A stretch of 53,135 bases of DNA from the NCBI GenBank assembly GCA_018824365.1, contig JAHJGQ010000029.1, positions 1 to 53,135 on the forward strand. Reading direction: 5' to 3'. Positions within the stretch are counted from its first letter, which is position 1, and every line of letters begins with the position of its first letter. A program made the translations under genes and the position numbers. Below the pieces are notes generated by a model. The model had not been told where the DNA came from. It was given only the letters and a program-made list of their open reading frames with translations, and did not search any database. Of this stretch, positions 1-9,680 are shown piece after piece. The stretch comes from Nanobdellota archaeon (GTDB lineage Archaea > Nanobdellota > Nanobdellia > Woesearchaeales > GW2011-AR9).

Positions 1-35
1 AAATCCAAATATAATAAAATATAAAATAATAAAAG

Positions 36-2336
36 ATGGTGCTGGAAGAATCTAAGAATTGTTTTGATTTTGAAACTTTCCACGAAGGAGAGAACAAAAT
101 CTTAAAGATTTATTGTGAGAAGTGTACTTTTCCCCCTTCTATTGAGTATAGTAATCTATGTATGGGTAAAACAGTTGATGTGCTATTACAAGTAAATGGT
201 GTTACACAGATTACTCTTTCTCAGCAGCGTGAATATGAATATGATTATGATCAGGCAAATCTTTTAGTAGAACTGACTTCAGTCTACAAGCGCTTGAATA
301 AAGAAGAACGTTTTACTTATTCAAAGGTTGTTGTCGATCCGCTTCATGAAAGATATATCCGGGGAAGTTACGCACAATTTCAACGTTTAATTTCAAAACT
401 TCTAAAAGAAGATCCCTTGGCGGCATTTGTTGAATTGAAACGTCTAGAGACACGTGAAAAAATAAAACTTAATAATCTTATCAATCCGCGCCATTTACTT
501 AGTCAACAGAAGTATATAGCTATGATGCAGGAAGCAATTAGGATTATCGAACAGATTAAACTTATCAAATTATTGATGCCTCATACAAAAGGGTACAAAG
601 TAGGAGATAGATTAATTTATGAAAATGTTTTCCATCCTACTACAAGACCAGATTTTATGTACACTAAATTGATTACAGCTTTTCCAGAAGGTAATCTTTT
701 GGAAAGTTATGATTTTAGCGTTGATAAAGATTCATGTGAAGTGAATATTTTTTCTTTTGATGATGATATCAAAACAATGTACCACTTGACACCATCAGAA
801 TTTAAGTTTACTGAAGAAGAATATGAATTGCTTGATGATGCAAAAAGAATCATGTCTGAACATAAACCAACTAGGGAAGAATTTGTTGATCCGCAAAGGA
901 TGAGGGAAGTATTCTTTAACATCGGTAAAGATTTGATCAGTGATATTATGCAGCATAAAAACATTAATTTTGATGAAGATAAAATTGACTTGATGGCACA
1001 AGCTTTGTTAAGGCATACTGTCGGTTTTGGAATGATTGAATTACTTCTTTCAGATCCAAAAGTTCAGGATGTTAATATCAATTCTCCAAATGGTGAACTG
1101 CCAATATTTATCGTTCATCAAGATCATGGGGATTGTTATACAAATATTTACCCTACTAGGTTAGAAGTTGATAGTTGGGCTACGAAACTTAGACTTATCT
1201 CTGGAAGACCTTTTGATGAAGCAGATCCAATTTTAGATACTGAACTTAAAGTGAAAGGATTTACTTCAAGGGTATCTGCTCTCACCGCTCCATTAAGCCC
1301 TTTAGGATTGGCTTTCTCTTTTAGAAGACACAGGGATTTTCCATGGACTTTCCCGCTTTACCTGCAGCCGAAAATACGTTACATGAGTTCTCTTGCAGCT
1401 GGTCTGTTGAATTTTATCATTGATAATAATGCTACAATTCTTATAGCAGGAACAAGGTCCAGTGGGAAAAGCAGTTTACTGGGAAGTTTTTTAGTAGAGA
1501 TACAAAGAAGAGCAAGAATAATTACTATCGAAGACACTTTTGAACTTCCGCAAGAATCTTTACGTGCTCTTGGTTATAATATTGAATCTTTAAAAGTTGC
1601 TTCTGCTTTGGCTTCAAAAGAGGGTTCTGAAGTAGATCCTTCTATTGGAATAAGGTCAACTTTGCGTCTGGGAGATTCAGCAATTTTTGTAGGAGAAGTT
1701 CGTTCAAAGGAAGCTGTAGCACTTTTTGAAGCGATGCGTGTTGGAGCAGCTGCTAACGTTGTTGCTGGAACGATACACGCAGATACCCCTTATGGTGTTT
1801 ATGATAGGGTTGTCAATGATATCGGAGTTCCAAAAACTTCATTTAAAGCAATTGATATTATTGTTGTTACCAATCCGGTTATTTCTGGATTGAAAAAGTA
1901 TAAACGTATCTTGCGTGTAACTGAAGTGCGCAAAGAATGGGATGAAGATCCTCTTAAAGAGGGTGCATTTGTTGATTTGATGGTCTATAATCCTAAGACT
2001 GATCAGTTAGAGATAACTGACGATTTGATCAATGGAAATTCTGCTATACTTAAAAGGATGGCAGGAAGAGTAAAAGAATTTGCTGGTGATTGGGATGCAG
2101 TATGGAATAATATTGAATTAAGAGGAAGATGCAAGCAGGCAGTTGTTGATGTTTTTAATGAAGTTCAGGATGAATCAATACTTGAAGCTGGATTTGTTAT
2201 CAAAGCAAATGATATGTTTCATATAATCTCTAGTAAAATCAAAGATAAATTTGGCAGTTTGGATAGTGATCATATTTATTTTGAATTTAAAGAATGGCTA
2301 AGAAAAGAAGTTAAGAAAAAACAGATGAAATTATAA
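36..2336 (+). CDS. Type II/IV secretion (VirB11/TadA/FlaI-like) ATPase with long N-terminal extension
   Basis: Walker A GTRSSGKS, Asp box TIEDTFE, Walker B IFVGEVR, His box GTIHA; LLSDPKVQDVNIN motif. Confidence 0.9.
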   Translation: MVLEESKNCFDFETFHEGENKILKIYCEKCTFPPSIEYSNLCMGKTVDVLLQVNGVTQITLSQQREYEYDYDQANLLVELTSVYKRLNKEERFTYSKVVVDPLHERYIRGSYAQFQRLISKLLKEDPLAAFVELKRLETREKIKLNNLINPRHLLSQQKYIAMMQEAIRIIEQIKLIKLLMPHTKGYKVGDRLIYENVFHPTTRPDFMYTKLITAFPEGNLLESYDFSVDKDSCEVNIFSFDDDIKTMYHLTPSEFKFTEEEYELLDDAKRIMSEHKPTREEFVDPQRMREVFFNIGKDLISDIMQHKNINFDEDKIDLMAQALLRHTVGFGMIELLLSDPKVQDVNINSPNGELPIFIVHQDHGDCYTNIYPTRLEVDSWATKLRLISGRPFDEADPILDTELKVKGFTSRVSALTAPLSPLGLAFSFRRHRDFPWTFPLYLQPKIRYMSSLAAGLLNFIIDNNATILIAGTRSSGKSSLLGSFLVEIQRRARIITIEDTFELPQESLRALGYNIESLKVASALASKEGSEVDPSIGIRSTLRLGDSAIFVGEVRSKEAVALFEAMRVGAAANVVAGTIHADTPYGVYDRVVNDIGVPKTSFKAIDIIVVTNPVISGLKKYKRILRVTEVRKEWDEDPLKEGAFVDLMVYNPKTDQLEITDDLINGNSAILKRMAGRVKEFAGDWDAVWNNIELRGRCKQAVVDVFNEVQDESILEAGFVIKANDMFHIISSKIKDKFGSLDSDHIYFEFKEWLRKEVKKKQMKL

Positions 2337-2365
2337 ACTTGATTTTATAAATTAAATATTATAAA

Positions 2366-3403
2366 TTGAAATATCGAATCATTACCCATGGAAATTGTAC
2401 TGACGGTCTATGCTCCGCTTTTATTGTCAAAAGAAATTTTAACATTTTATTTAATAAGAACTTAACTGATGAAGAGATTAAAAGAATTGAAGTGGTTGGT
2501 CTGCAGCCTAAAGAAGTACAGTTAGGAGAGTTTGAGCTTACTGAAAATGATGTTGTTTTAGACTTGCCTCAACCCAAAAAGAAAGTTTTTTCTTGGTTTG
2601 ATCACCATTTAACTTCTAAACTTCGTAAAGAAGAATTCCCTGAAAATTATTATTGGAAAAAGATGCCTAGTTGTTGTGGTTATTTGTTAGAAATTGCTTT
2701 TGATAAAGGTTTAGAAAAAACCGAAGAATTAATTGAATTTCAGAAAGCGATTGATAAGATAGATGATGCTGATTATACAAAAAAAGACATAGAATTATGT
2801 TATTATAAACAAGACAATTATGCTTCTCCTACATTCTTACAGAAACTTCATATGGTCGGTTCTATGTATCACACTCGGGACAGAATTCTTGACGATGAGA
2901 TATTCAAGACAATCCTTTATTTAAACTTGGGAGAAACACCTTTCTCAACAGAGGAGTTATGGCAGTTAAACCCTTTAATGTTTTACATTGCACAATTAAA
3001 AAGTTATGAACTGTGGAGAGAGGATGTTGATGAATACATCTATTATGATGAAAAATCTAAGTGTGTAGTTCAGGATGATAGGAATATTAAATTTACTAGA
3101 GGTGTCTCTGATAGGTTCTATGCTTATATGAAATATCCAGAAGCAAGTTATGGGATAAATTTAAAAGTTTTTAATGAGAAGTTAGTAAGGGTAAGCATTG
3201 GTTCAAATATCTTTCATAAAGACAGATGTAAAGTAGATATAAATAAACTTTGTTTTGTGATAGGTAAAATGTTTGGTGATGGTTCAGGCGGCGGCCATTA
3301 TCATGTCGGCGGCGCTATGGTTTATATTGATAAATCTGATGAAGCATTAAAGTTTATCTTGGAAAGTTTTAGGAAAGAAAAAATTAAATTTCATTTATCA
3401 TAA
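2366..3403 (+). CDS. DHH-family phosphoesterase
   Basis: HGNCTDG, DLP, FDHH and C-terminal GGGH motifs; TTG start. Confidence 0.8.
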   Translation: MKYRIITHGNCTDGLCSAFIVKRNFNILFNKNLTDEEIKRIEVVGLQPKEVQLGEFELTENDVVLDLPQPKKKVFSWFDHHLTSKLRKEEFPENYYWKKMPSCCGYLLEIAFDKGLEKTEELIEFQKAIDKIDDADYTKKDIELCYYKQDNYASPTFLQKLHMVGSMYHTRDRILDDEIFKTILYLNLGETPFSTEELWQLNPLMFYIAQLKSYELWREDVDEYIYYDEKSKCVVQDDRNIKFTRGVSDRFYAYMKYPEASYGINLKVFNEKLVRVSIGSNIFHKDRCKVDINKLCFVIGKMFGDGSGGGHYHVGGAMVYIDKSDEALKFILESFRKEKIKFHLS

Positions 3404-3406
3404 ACA

Positions 3407-3769
3407 TTACTTATAACAAACATCACATTTTTTTAGATGGCTTTCTAACTGCATATGGATCTGACACATCGCTTTAGAACTTTTGATGAATCTACTTATC
3501 TTTTGTATCTGTTGAAAAGCACTTTTATTATCTGTTATCTCTTCTGAAGCTTTTCTGATAAAATTTTTAACATCATCACAAAGATTAATTTCTTTAGCAC
3601 GTTTTTGTTTTGTATATTGAGAAATGGCTGGTTCAGTAACGTTAAGATAATTCGCAATCTTTTTCTGGGAAAAACCCTTTTCTTTGAGCGCAACAACTAA
3701 TTCTTTCCTGATTGCCGGAAGGACATACCACACTTCAATCTCTTGGGGATGTTTATTTGGGATTGTCAT
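3407..3769 (-). CDS. XRE/Cro-type HTH transcriptional regulator with C-terminal Cys/His motif
   Basis: SQKKIANYLNVTEPAISQY helix-turn-helix; CQIH...CDVC tail; start overlaps the iscU stop (ATGA). Confidence 0.8.
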   Translation of the reverse strand: MTIPNKHPQEIEVWYVLPAIRKELVVALKEKGFSQKKIANYLNVTEPAISQYTKQKRAKEINLCDDVKNFIRKASEEITDNKSAFQQIQKISRFIKSSKAMCQIHMQLESHLKKCDVCYK

Positions 3770-4218
3770 TTTTCATAAACCTTTTTCGGCAAGGTTTTTG
3801 TTTTCTTCTCATAGTCTTCGATTGCAGCCCTTAAAGCTTGATCTCCTAAAACTGAACAATGAATCTTTCTTGCCGGTAAACCGCCCAGAGCTTTGACAAT
3901 ATCCTGCGGAGTTATTTTCTTTGCTTCTTCTAAAGTTTTGCCAATAGCCATTTCTGAAAGGATCGATGTTGAACTAATTGCTGTCGCGCAGCCAAAAGTT
4001 CTCCATTTACATTCTTTGATAATGTTATCCTTTACTTTAATCCACATTTTCATCATGTCACCACATGCAGGAGAACCAACTTCACCGATTCCGTCAGCAA
4101 TCTTATCATATTCTTGTGCTTCTTTATCATCTTTGATAATATTTTTGGGATTAAAAAAATGTTCTTTTACAATGTTTGAATAAAACCAATTTTGATCTTG
4201 ATTAATTCCGTCTACCAT
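3766..4218 (-). CDS. iscU: Fe-S cluster scaffold IscU/NifU-N
   Basis: YS...EHF.NP.N, GSPACGD, TFGC and LPARKIHCS motifs. Confidence 0.95.
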   Translation of the reverse strand: MVDGINQDQNWFYSNIVKEHFFNPKNIIKDDKEAQEYDKIADGIGEVGSPACGDMMKMWIKVKDNIIKECKWRTFGCATAISSTSILSEMAIGKTLEEAKKITPQDIVKALGGLPARKIHCSVLGDQALRAAIEDYEKKTKTLPKKVYEK

Positions 4219-4219
4219 T

Positions 4220-5404
4220 TTAGTTAAGAACCTCTTCTACTTTCAATCTTACTGGTGAAATTTTCCTTAACGATTCAACTATCTCTGGGAGAACTTTTAA
4301 TACTTTATCGATATCTTTCTCTTGAGTTTGTTTACCTAAAGTGAAACGCAAAGTTCCATGAGCTACTTCGTAAGGCAGCCCTAAAGCTAAGATAACATGG
4401 CTTGGATCCAATGATTGTGAAGTGCAGGCGCTGCCTGAAGAAGTACAGATTCCATACTCATTAAGATACAACATCATCGCTTCTCCTTCTATATCTAAAA
4501 AAGTAATGTTAACATTATTGGGTAATCTTTCTGTTGGGTGTCCGTTAAGGATAGTTTTAGGAATTTTTTCCTGAATTTTTTTGATAAGTTTATCTCTTAG
4601 AGTAATCAGTCTTTTATTTTCCTTCTCTTTTTCTGTTTGCGCTAACTCTAAAGCTTTTGCAAAGCCAATGATTGAAGGAACATTTTCAGTTCCGCTTCTT
4701 AATTTGAATTCTTGTCCGCCGCCATGGATTATCGGATGGATCTTAATTCCTGATTTTATGTAAAGTATTCCTACACCTTTGGGACCATATATCTTGCTGC
4801 TGTTTAAGGTCATCAAGTCGATGTTAAAGTTTTTAACGTTGATATCTAAAGCACCTCCTGCCTGGCAGGCATCTGTATGGAAATAGATGTTATGTTCTTT
4901 AGCGATCTTAGCCAATTCTTTAATAGGTTGTATTGTGCCGATTTCATTATTTGCATACATGATAGTTATCAAGATAGTATCTTCCCTGATAGCTTTCCTT
5001 AATTCATCTGAGCAGACTCTTCCGTATCTATCAACATTTAAATAAGTGATTTCAAAACCTTCATATTTTTCTAAATAATTGCAAGTTTCCAAAACAGCTT
5101 CATGTTCAATCTTTGTCGTGATGATATGTTTGCCTTTGTTTTTATTTGCCCTGGCTATTCCTTTAATAGCTAGATTGATACTTTCAGTTCCAGAGCCAGT
5201 GAAGATGATTTCTTCTTGTTTTGAAGCATTGATAAGTTTTGCAACAGTTTGTCTTGCTTGATTTAAAGCTTCTTTTGCCCTTAAGCCGGTGGTATGAAAA
5301 CTTCCTGGATTACCAAATTCTTCAGAGAAATATTTATCCATAGCTTGTCTAACTTCTTCCCTTACATAGGTTGTAGCTGCATGATCTAAGTATATTTCTT
5401 TCAT
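4220..5404 (-). CDS. iscS: Cysteine desulfurase IscS/NifS
   Basis: YLDHAATT, HTDACQA, SSKIYGPKG (PLP lysine), SSGSACTS (catalytic Cys). Confidence 0.95.
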   Translation of the reverse strand: MKEIYLDHAATTYVREEVRQAMDKYFSEEFGNPGSFHTTGLRAKEALNQARQTVAKLINASKQEEIIFTGSGTESINLAIKGIARANKNKGKHIITTKIEHEAVLETCNYLEKYEGFEITYLNVDRYGRVCSDELRKAIREDTILITIMYANNEIGTIQPIKELAKIAKEHNIYFHTDACQAGGALDINVKNFNIDLMTLNSSKIYGPKGVGILYIKSGIKIHPIIHGGGQEFKLRSGTENVPSIIGFAKALELAQTEKEKENKRLITLRDKLIKKIQEKIPKTILNGHPTERLPNNVNITFLDIEGEAMMLYLNEYGICTSSGSACTSQSLDPSHVILALGLPYEVAHGTLRFTLGKQTQEKDIDKVLKVLPEIVESLRKISPVRLKVEEVLN

Positions 5405-5408
5405 TTAA

Positions 5409-5422
5409 TTAACAATCGTTAA
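5409..5422. promoter_or_regulatory. Palindromic candidate operator of the iscS operon
   Basis: TTAAC-aatc-GTTAA lies between the TATA-like TTTATAAA (5428-5435) and the iscS start codon. Confidence 0.45.
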
Positions 5423-5529
5423 GTTTTTTTATAAATATTATGGTTATTTCTTCTTGATTAAGACGGAAACTATATAAATGAAGAAAGGTTCATTTTAAGG
5501 ATAATATAAAAGGAGTGTGTGTGGTGTTT

Positions 5530-6366
5530 ATGGATTTATTTAGAAAGAGAAAGTTTGTTTTATTTCTTATAACTATTGTATTTTTCTCTTTGACTGCTGT
5601 TTCTGTATTTGCATCTAGTGCAATTGATATTCTTTTTGAAACAACAACTTTGGAAAACATATCCCAGAATACGTTTAACTTAGGTGAAAAATTTTATGTT
5701 AATGTATATATAGATGATGATTATTTATCAATAAAAGGTAATCCTGCTTTAACTTATATCAATTTCTCCACTTCAAATAATTATATTATTTTTAAAAATG
5801 TTAGTGAAAATGGAGATTTTTATTCATATCCAGTAATTATGACTACAATTAATAATAGCAAATGTTCTACTTGTGGTTTTGTTTTCATGAAAGAAAGTGA
5901 AGATAAAATTGGTACGGGTAGTAAAACATTATTATTTAAAACACTTGTCCAAGGAAAATTAATTGGTACTTCTGGATTTTATGCTTCTGATGCCAAATTC
6001 ACTAATGGACCTAATTACCATCCTTATAATCCTCCAAAATCAACTAGTATTACAATAACCTCATGCACATTAACAACTTGTGTTCAAGAACGGAAAGAAT
6101 GTGGAATTATTAATGATGGTTGTGGAGAAGCAGAATATTGTGGGATATGTTCTGAAGGAAAGTCATGTGTAAACGGAACTTGTGAATATGTAACTACATC
6201 TAATTCCCAAAAAGATAAAGATCAAATAGATAAGTTTTCTCAAGCTCCATTTAAAGATAAAACCTTACTGAAAACTTTGTTGGATATAATTGCCGATAGT
6301 AATAAAATAACAACAGAGAAATTAATTTCAATTGTTAATGCTCTTAAAGAATATTTTAATATATAA
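5530..6366 (+). CDS. Secreted/surface protein: beta-sandwich (cohesin-like) domain, Cys-rich module and C-terminal helical tail; paralog 1
   Basis: Signal peptide; TC...ECG.I.DGCG....CG.C..GK.C..G.C module; aligns by eye with the next gene; ATG 5530 preferred over GTG 5515. Confidence 0.7.
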   Translation: MDLFRKRKFVLFLITIVFFSLTAVSVFASSAIDILFETTTLENISQNTFNLGEKFYVNVYIDDDYLSIKGNPALTYINFSTSNNYIIFKNVSENGDFYSYPVIMTTINNSKCSTCGFVFMKESEDKIGTGSKTLLFKTLVQGKLIGTSGFYASDAKFTNGPNYHPYNPPKSTSITITSCTLTTCVQERKECGIINDGCGEAEYCGICSEGKSCVNGTCEYVTTSNSQKDKDQIDKFSQAPFKDKTLLKTLLDIIADSNKITTEKLISIVNALKEYFNI

Positions 6367-6367
6367 A

Positions 6368-7198
6368 ATGAAAAAAACAATTATCATGGTTGCATTGATC
6401 TTTTTATTAGTAAATTCTTTTTCTGTTTTAGCTGGTCAGATAAATTTATCCATAGAAACTACTACTTTAGACGATCAACCGCAAGATACTTTCATGGTTG
6501 GTGAGAAGTTAAAAGTAAATGTTTATGTTAATGATAGTGGATATAATTTAAATGATGCATATTTATTAATGGAAATAGTTAATCCGGATGTAATTGGGTT
6601 TGTTGATGGCGGCGTTAATGGAGAAATTTATCCAGATCCGGTAGAAATGGAACTTTATCCAAAATTAATAAATAACGTAATCTGTCCAGATTGTGGATGG
6701 GCTTTTAAGAAAGTTTCTCTTCAAAGTCTAATACCTGGAGTAAATAACAAAAGATTATTATTTACAGCAATTGCTAAAACAAAATCAGTTGGCATTTCAT
6801 ATGCAATGGTTGCTGATCCTCCAACTCAATTTGTTGGTCATACTTTTATTGTACCAACATCAACAAAAATTGTAGTTAATCCTTGTAAATTAACTACTTG
6901 TAAAATTGTAGCAGAGAGTGGAGCAGAGGTTTGTGGTATTATTTATGATGGTTGCGGAGGGATTGAAGATTGTGGATCCTGTTCTGGAGGCAAAACTTGT
7001 GTTGAGGGATATTGTAAATTTATCACCACGTCAGATTCTGCAAATGAGAAAGCTCAACTAGACAAATTTTCCTTAGCTTCACAACCAAACAAATCTTTAC
7101 TTGAAAATTTATTAAATATTATTACTAACCAAAACGCATCATTATTACAAAAACTCTCAGCAATCGCTACTGCACTGAAAACTTATTTTAATATCTAA
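6368..7198 (+). CDS. Secreted/surface protein, tandem paralog 2
   Basis: MKKTII signal peptide at ATG 6368; shares ETTTL....TF..GEK..VNVY, the Cys module and the ALK.YFNI end with paralog 1. Confidence 0.7.
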   Translation: MKKTIIMVALIFLLVNSFSVLAGQINLSIETTTLDDQPQDTFMVGEKLKVNVYVNDSGYNLNDAYLLMEIVNPDVIGFVDGGVNGEIYPDPVEMELYPKLINNVICPDCGWAFKKVSLQSLIPGVNNKRLLFTAIAKTKSVGISYAMVADPPTQFVGHTFIVPTSTKIVVNPCKLTTCKIVAESGAEVCGIIYDGCGGIEDCGSCSGGKTCVEGYCKFITTSDSANEKAQLDKFSLASQPNKSLLENLLNIITNQNASLLQKLSAIATALKTYFNI

Positions 7199-7217
7199 GA
7201 AGGGGAAATAATAAAAG

Positions 7218-9677
7218 GTGACAACTAAGAGAAAAAAGAGGGTGTATAAGAAACTGCCTCCTCACTCTAATGAACCATTTCCAATAACTACTGCTGGTGA
7301 GGTGAATAAACAATTTGTTATTACTATTATATCTGTTGTAGCAATTATTGCTTTGTCTATGTTGTTATTTTTCTCAGACCGTTTTGTTGGAAAAGCTATT
7401 TCTTTTACTACACCTCAAATAAATGATGCTGGTTTTTTTATTGACTCAAATAGTAATACTATTGAAGTAGGAGAAATATTTACTCTTCCAGTTCAGGTTA
7501 ATTTAGGAGGGAAGAATTCTTCAATGGTTTCTTTTGAATTAATTTATGATGATACTGCTCTAACTGCAGATTGTTCATATCTATTTAATTCTTTAGATAC
7601 AATTTTTCCTTCTAACTTAGTTCTTATTAAAGAGTCTTACTGCCAGAATGGAAAAGTCAATCTTACATTTGCTGCTCTTCCTAGCCCGAGTAAATTTATA
7701 ACTGGAGAAAAAACAATTGCAGAGATAAATTTCACTGCAAATACTTTAGGTGAAACCAGCTTAAATTTTACTTTTATTGATGTCTATGACCTTGCCAATT
7801 CAGGTTTAATCCCGCTTACTGTACAGAATGCAACTATTGAAGTTGTTCAGCCACCTCAATGTATTAATCCTAATTCTGGGTTAATAAGTTGGTGGTCTGG
7901 CAATGGTACGGAAGATAAAACTGGCAAGAATGCTATTACTAAAGTTGGGGGCAATACTCAATTTGTGAACGGAAAAATAGGGAAAGCTTTTAGTCTTGAT
8001 GGTAATGGAGATTATTTGGAAATTGAGAATAATCCCTCTTTAAATCCTTCTTCAATAACTATAGGTTCTTGGATAAACCCAACTGTGACAAATACTTTTC
8101 AAAGGATTGTTTCTAAAGGAACAGTAGTAGATCTGTATATGACTGATAGTGGTCTTTTAAGGGGGGGGATAGTCCGTAAAGGTGAATATTCTACACCTAT
8201 TCCTGGAAAAAATGTTCCTATCACATCAAATCAATGGAGTTATGTAGCTCTTACTTATGATGAACTAACAGGCATGGGTAAAATTTATCTTAATGGTGTT
8301 GAGGTTGGAGGGATAGATTTAAAAGATAATGTTCCTTTAAGTTCATCTCCAATTAATTTTAATATTGGGCGAAGTTCTAATGGAAATTATTTTCAAGGAT
8401 TAATAGATGAGGTTGAGATATATAATGAGTCTCTTTCAGCTCAAGAAGTTAAAAGTATTTTTGATGCTGGTTCAGTAGGGAAATGTGAATTAGATGAGAA
8501 ATGTGGTGATGGTATAAAAGGGAGTTCTGAGCAATGCGACGATGGTAACAATGTAAATGGAGATAATTGTAGCTCTAGTTGTTTAATTGAAATAAATGTG
8601 TGTAATGCATTCATAGCTAGTTGTACACAAGATCAACAACTATTACAATATTGTAATGATTGGGGAACTGGTTATAAGAGTATTGTTAATTGTAGTACTT
8701 TGGGCCAGAGTTGTATTAACGGAAAATGTGATTGGGTTTGTGGTGATGGTATAAAAGGGAGTTCTGAAGGATGTGATGATGATAATACTAATGATGGGGA
8801 TGGTTGTTCGTCAAGTTGTATTGTTGAACAGGGCTATACTTGTTCGGGAACTCCTAGTAGTTGTTCACTCATGCCTCCTTGTATTGATTTAGATGGTGAT
8901 GGATCTAATAACCAAATCTGTGGTGGAGATTGTGACGACAACAATTCCAACATAAACCCAAGTGCAACAGAAGTATGTAACAACGTTGATGATAATTGCA
9001 ATAATCAAGTTGATGAAAGTATAACTCAACTTTGTTCTACTGGACTATTAGGAGTATGCTCAGTAGGAACTCAAACTTGTAAAGCAGGATTATATGAACA
9101 ATGTACTCAAAATGTTCAACCAAGCACAGATGTCTGCGATGGTTTAGATAACGATTGTGATAACACAAAAGATGAAGATTTCACTTCCCAACCAACTACT
9201 TGCGGCAAGGGAGTATGTGCATCAACTGGAACAACTTCTTGTAGTAATGGTAAAGAAACAAACAGCTGTACTCCTAAATCTCCAACAGAAACTCTTGAAA
9301 CAAGTTGTAAAGATAATCTTGACAATGACTGTGATGGTTTAACAGATAATATTGATCCTGATTGTGGAGCAGTTTTAGGAATAACTGTAGAAGGATCAGG
9401 AATAAACTTAACTGATGCAGATGGAAATAACTTCACAACAATAGTAACCGCAACCGTTAATCTAACAAATACTCCCTTAACCATTGTTACTGTTCTATAC
9501 GATAAAGATGATAAAGTCCTTTATCTTAAAACTCAACAGATAACTGGTTTGAATAAAGGAGAAACTCAAGTTGAAATAGTTGATTATTCAAAAACTGAAG
9601 TAAAAAGAAAAAGGGTAATTGTTTATGATAAAGAGGAAAACCCGGGAGTTTATGCTCAGATGATAATAGATTACTAA
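7218..9677 (+). CDS. Membrane-anchored multidomain surface protein (cohesin-like, LamG, DUF4215-type Cys repeats, DNDCD/DDNC metal-binding repeats)
   Basis: N-terminal TM; LamG motifs GKIGKAFSLDG, WSYVALTYD, FQGLIDEVEIYN; 2x CGDGIKGSSE.CDD.N...GD.CSSSC; C..DNDCD repeats. Confidence 0.8.
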   Translation: MTTKRKKRVYKKLPPHSNEPFPITTAGEVNKQFVITIISVVAIIALSMLLFFSDRFVGKAISFTTPQINDAGFFIDSNSNTIEVGEIFTLPVQVNLGGKNSSMVSFELIYDDTALTADCSYLFNSLDTIFPSNLVLIKESYCQNGKVNLTFAALPSPSKFITGEKTIAEINFTANTLGETSLNFTFIDVYDLANSGLIPLTVQNATIEVVQPPQCINPNSGLISWWSGNGTEDKTGKNAITKVGGNTQFVNGKIGKAFSLDGNGDYLEIENNPSLNPSSITIGSWINPTVTNTFQRIVSKGTVVDLYMTDSGLLRGGIVRKGEYSTPIPGKNVPITSNQWSYVALTYDELTGMGKIYLNGVEVGGIDLKDNVPLSSSPINFNIGRSSNGNYFQGLIDEVEIYNESLSAQEVKSIFDAGSVGKCELDEKCGDGIKGSSEQCDDGNNVNGDNCSSSCLIEINVCNAFIASCTQDQQLLQYCNDWGTGYKSIVNCSTLGQSCINGKCDWVCGDGIKGSSEGCDDDNTNDGDGCSSSCIVEQGYTCSGTPSSCSLMPPCIDLDGDGSNNQICGGDCDDNNSNINPSATEVCNNVDDNCNNQVDESITQLCSTGLLGVCSVGTQTCKAGLYEQCTQNVQPSTDVCDGLDNDCDNTKDEDFTSQPTTCGKGVCASTGTTSCSNGKETNSCTPKSPTETLETSCKDNLDNDCDGLTDNIDPDCGAVLGITVEGSGINLTDADGNNFTTIVTATVNLTNTPLTIVTVLYDKDDKVLYLKTQQITGLNKGETQVEIVDYSKTEVKRKRVIVYDKEENPGVYAQMIIDY
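8502..8768 (+). repeat. Intragenic direct repeat, 2 copies of tgtggtgatggtataaaagggagttctga
   Basis: Identical 29-mer near 8502 and 8740 encoding CGDGIKGSSE. Confidence 0.8.
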
Positions 9678-9680
9678 AAA

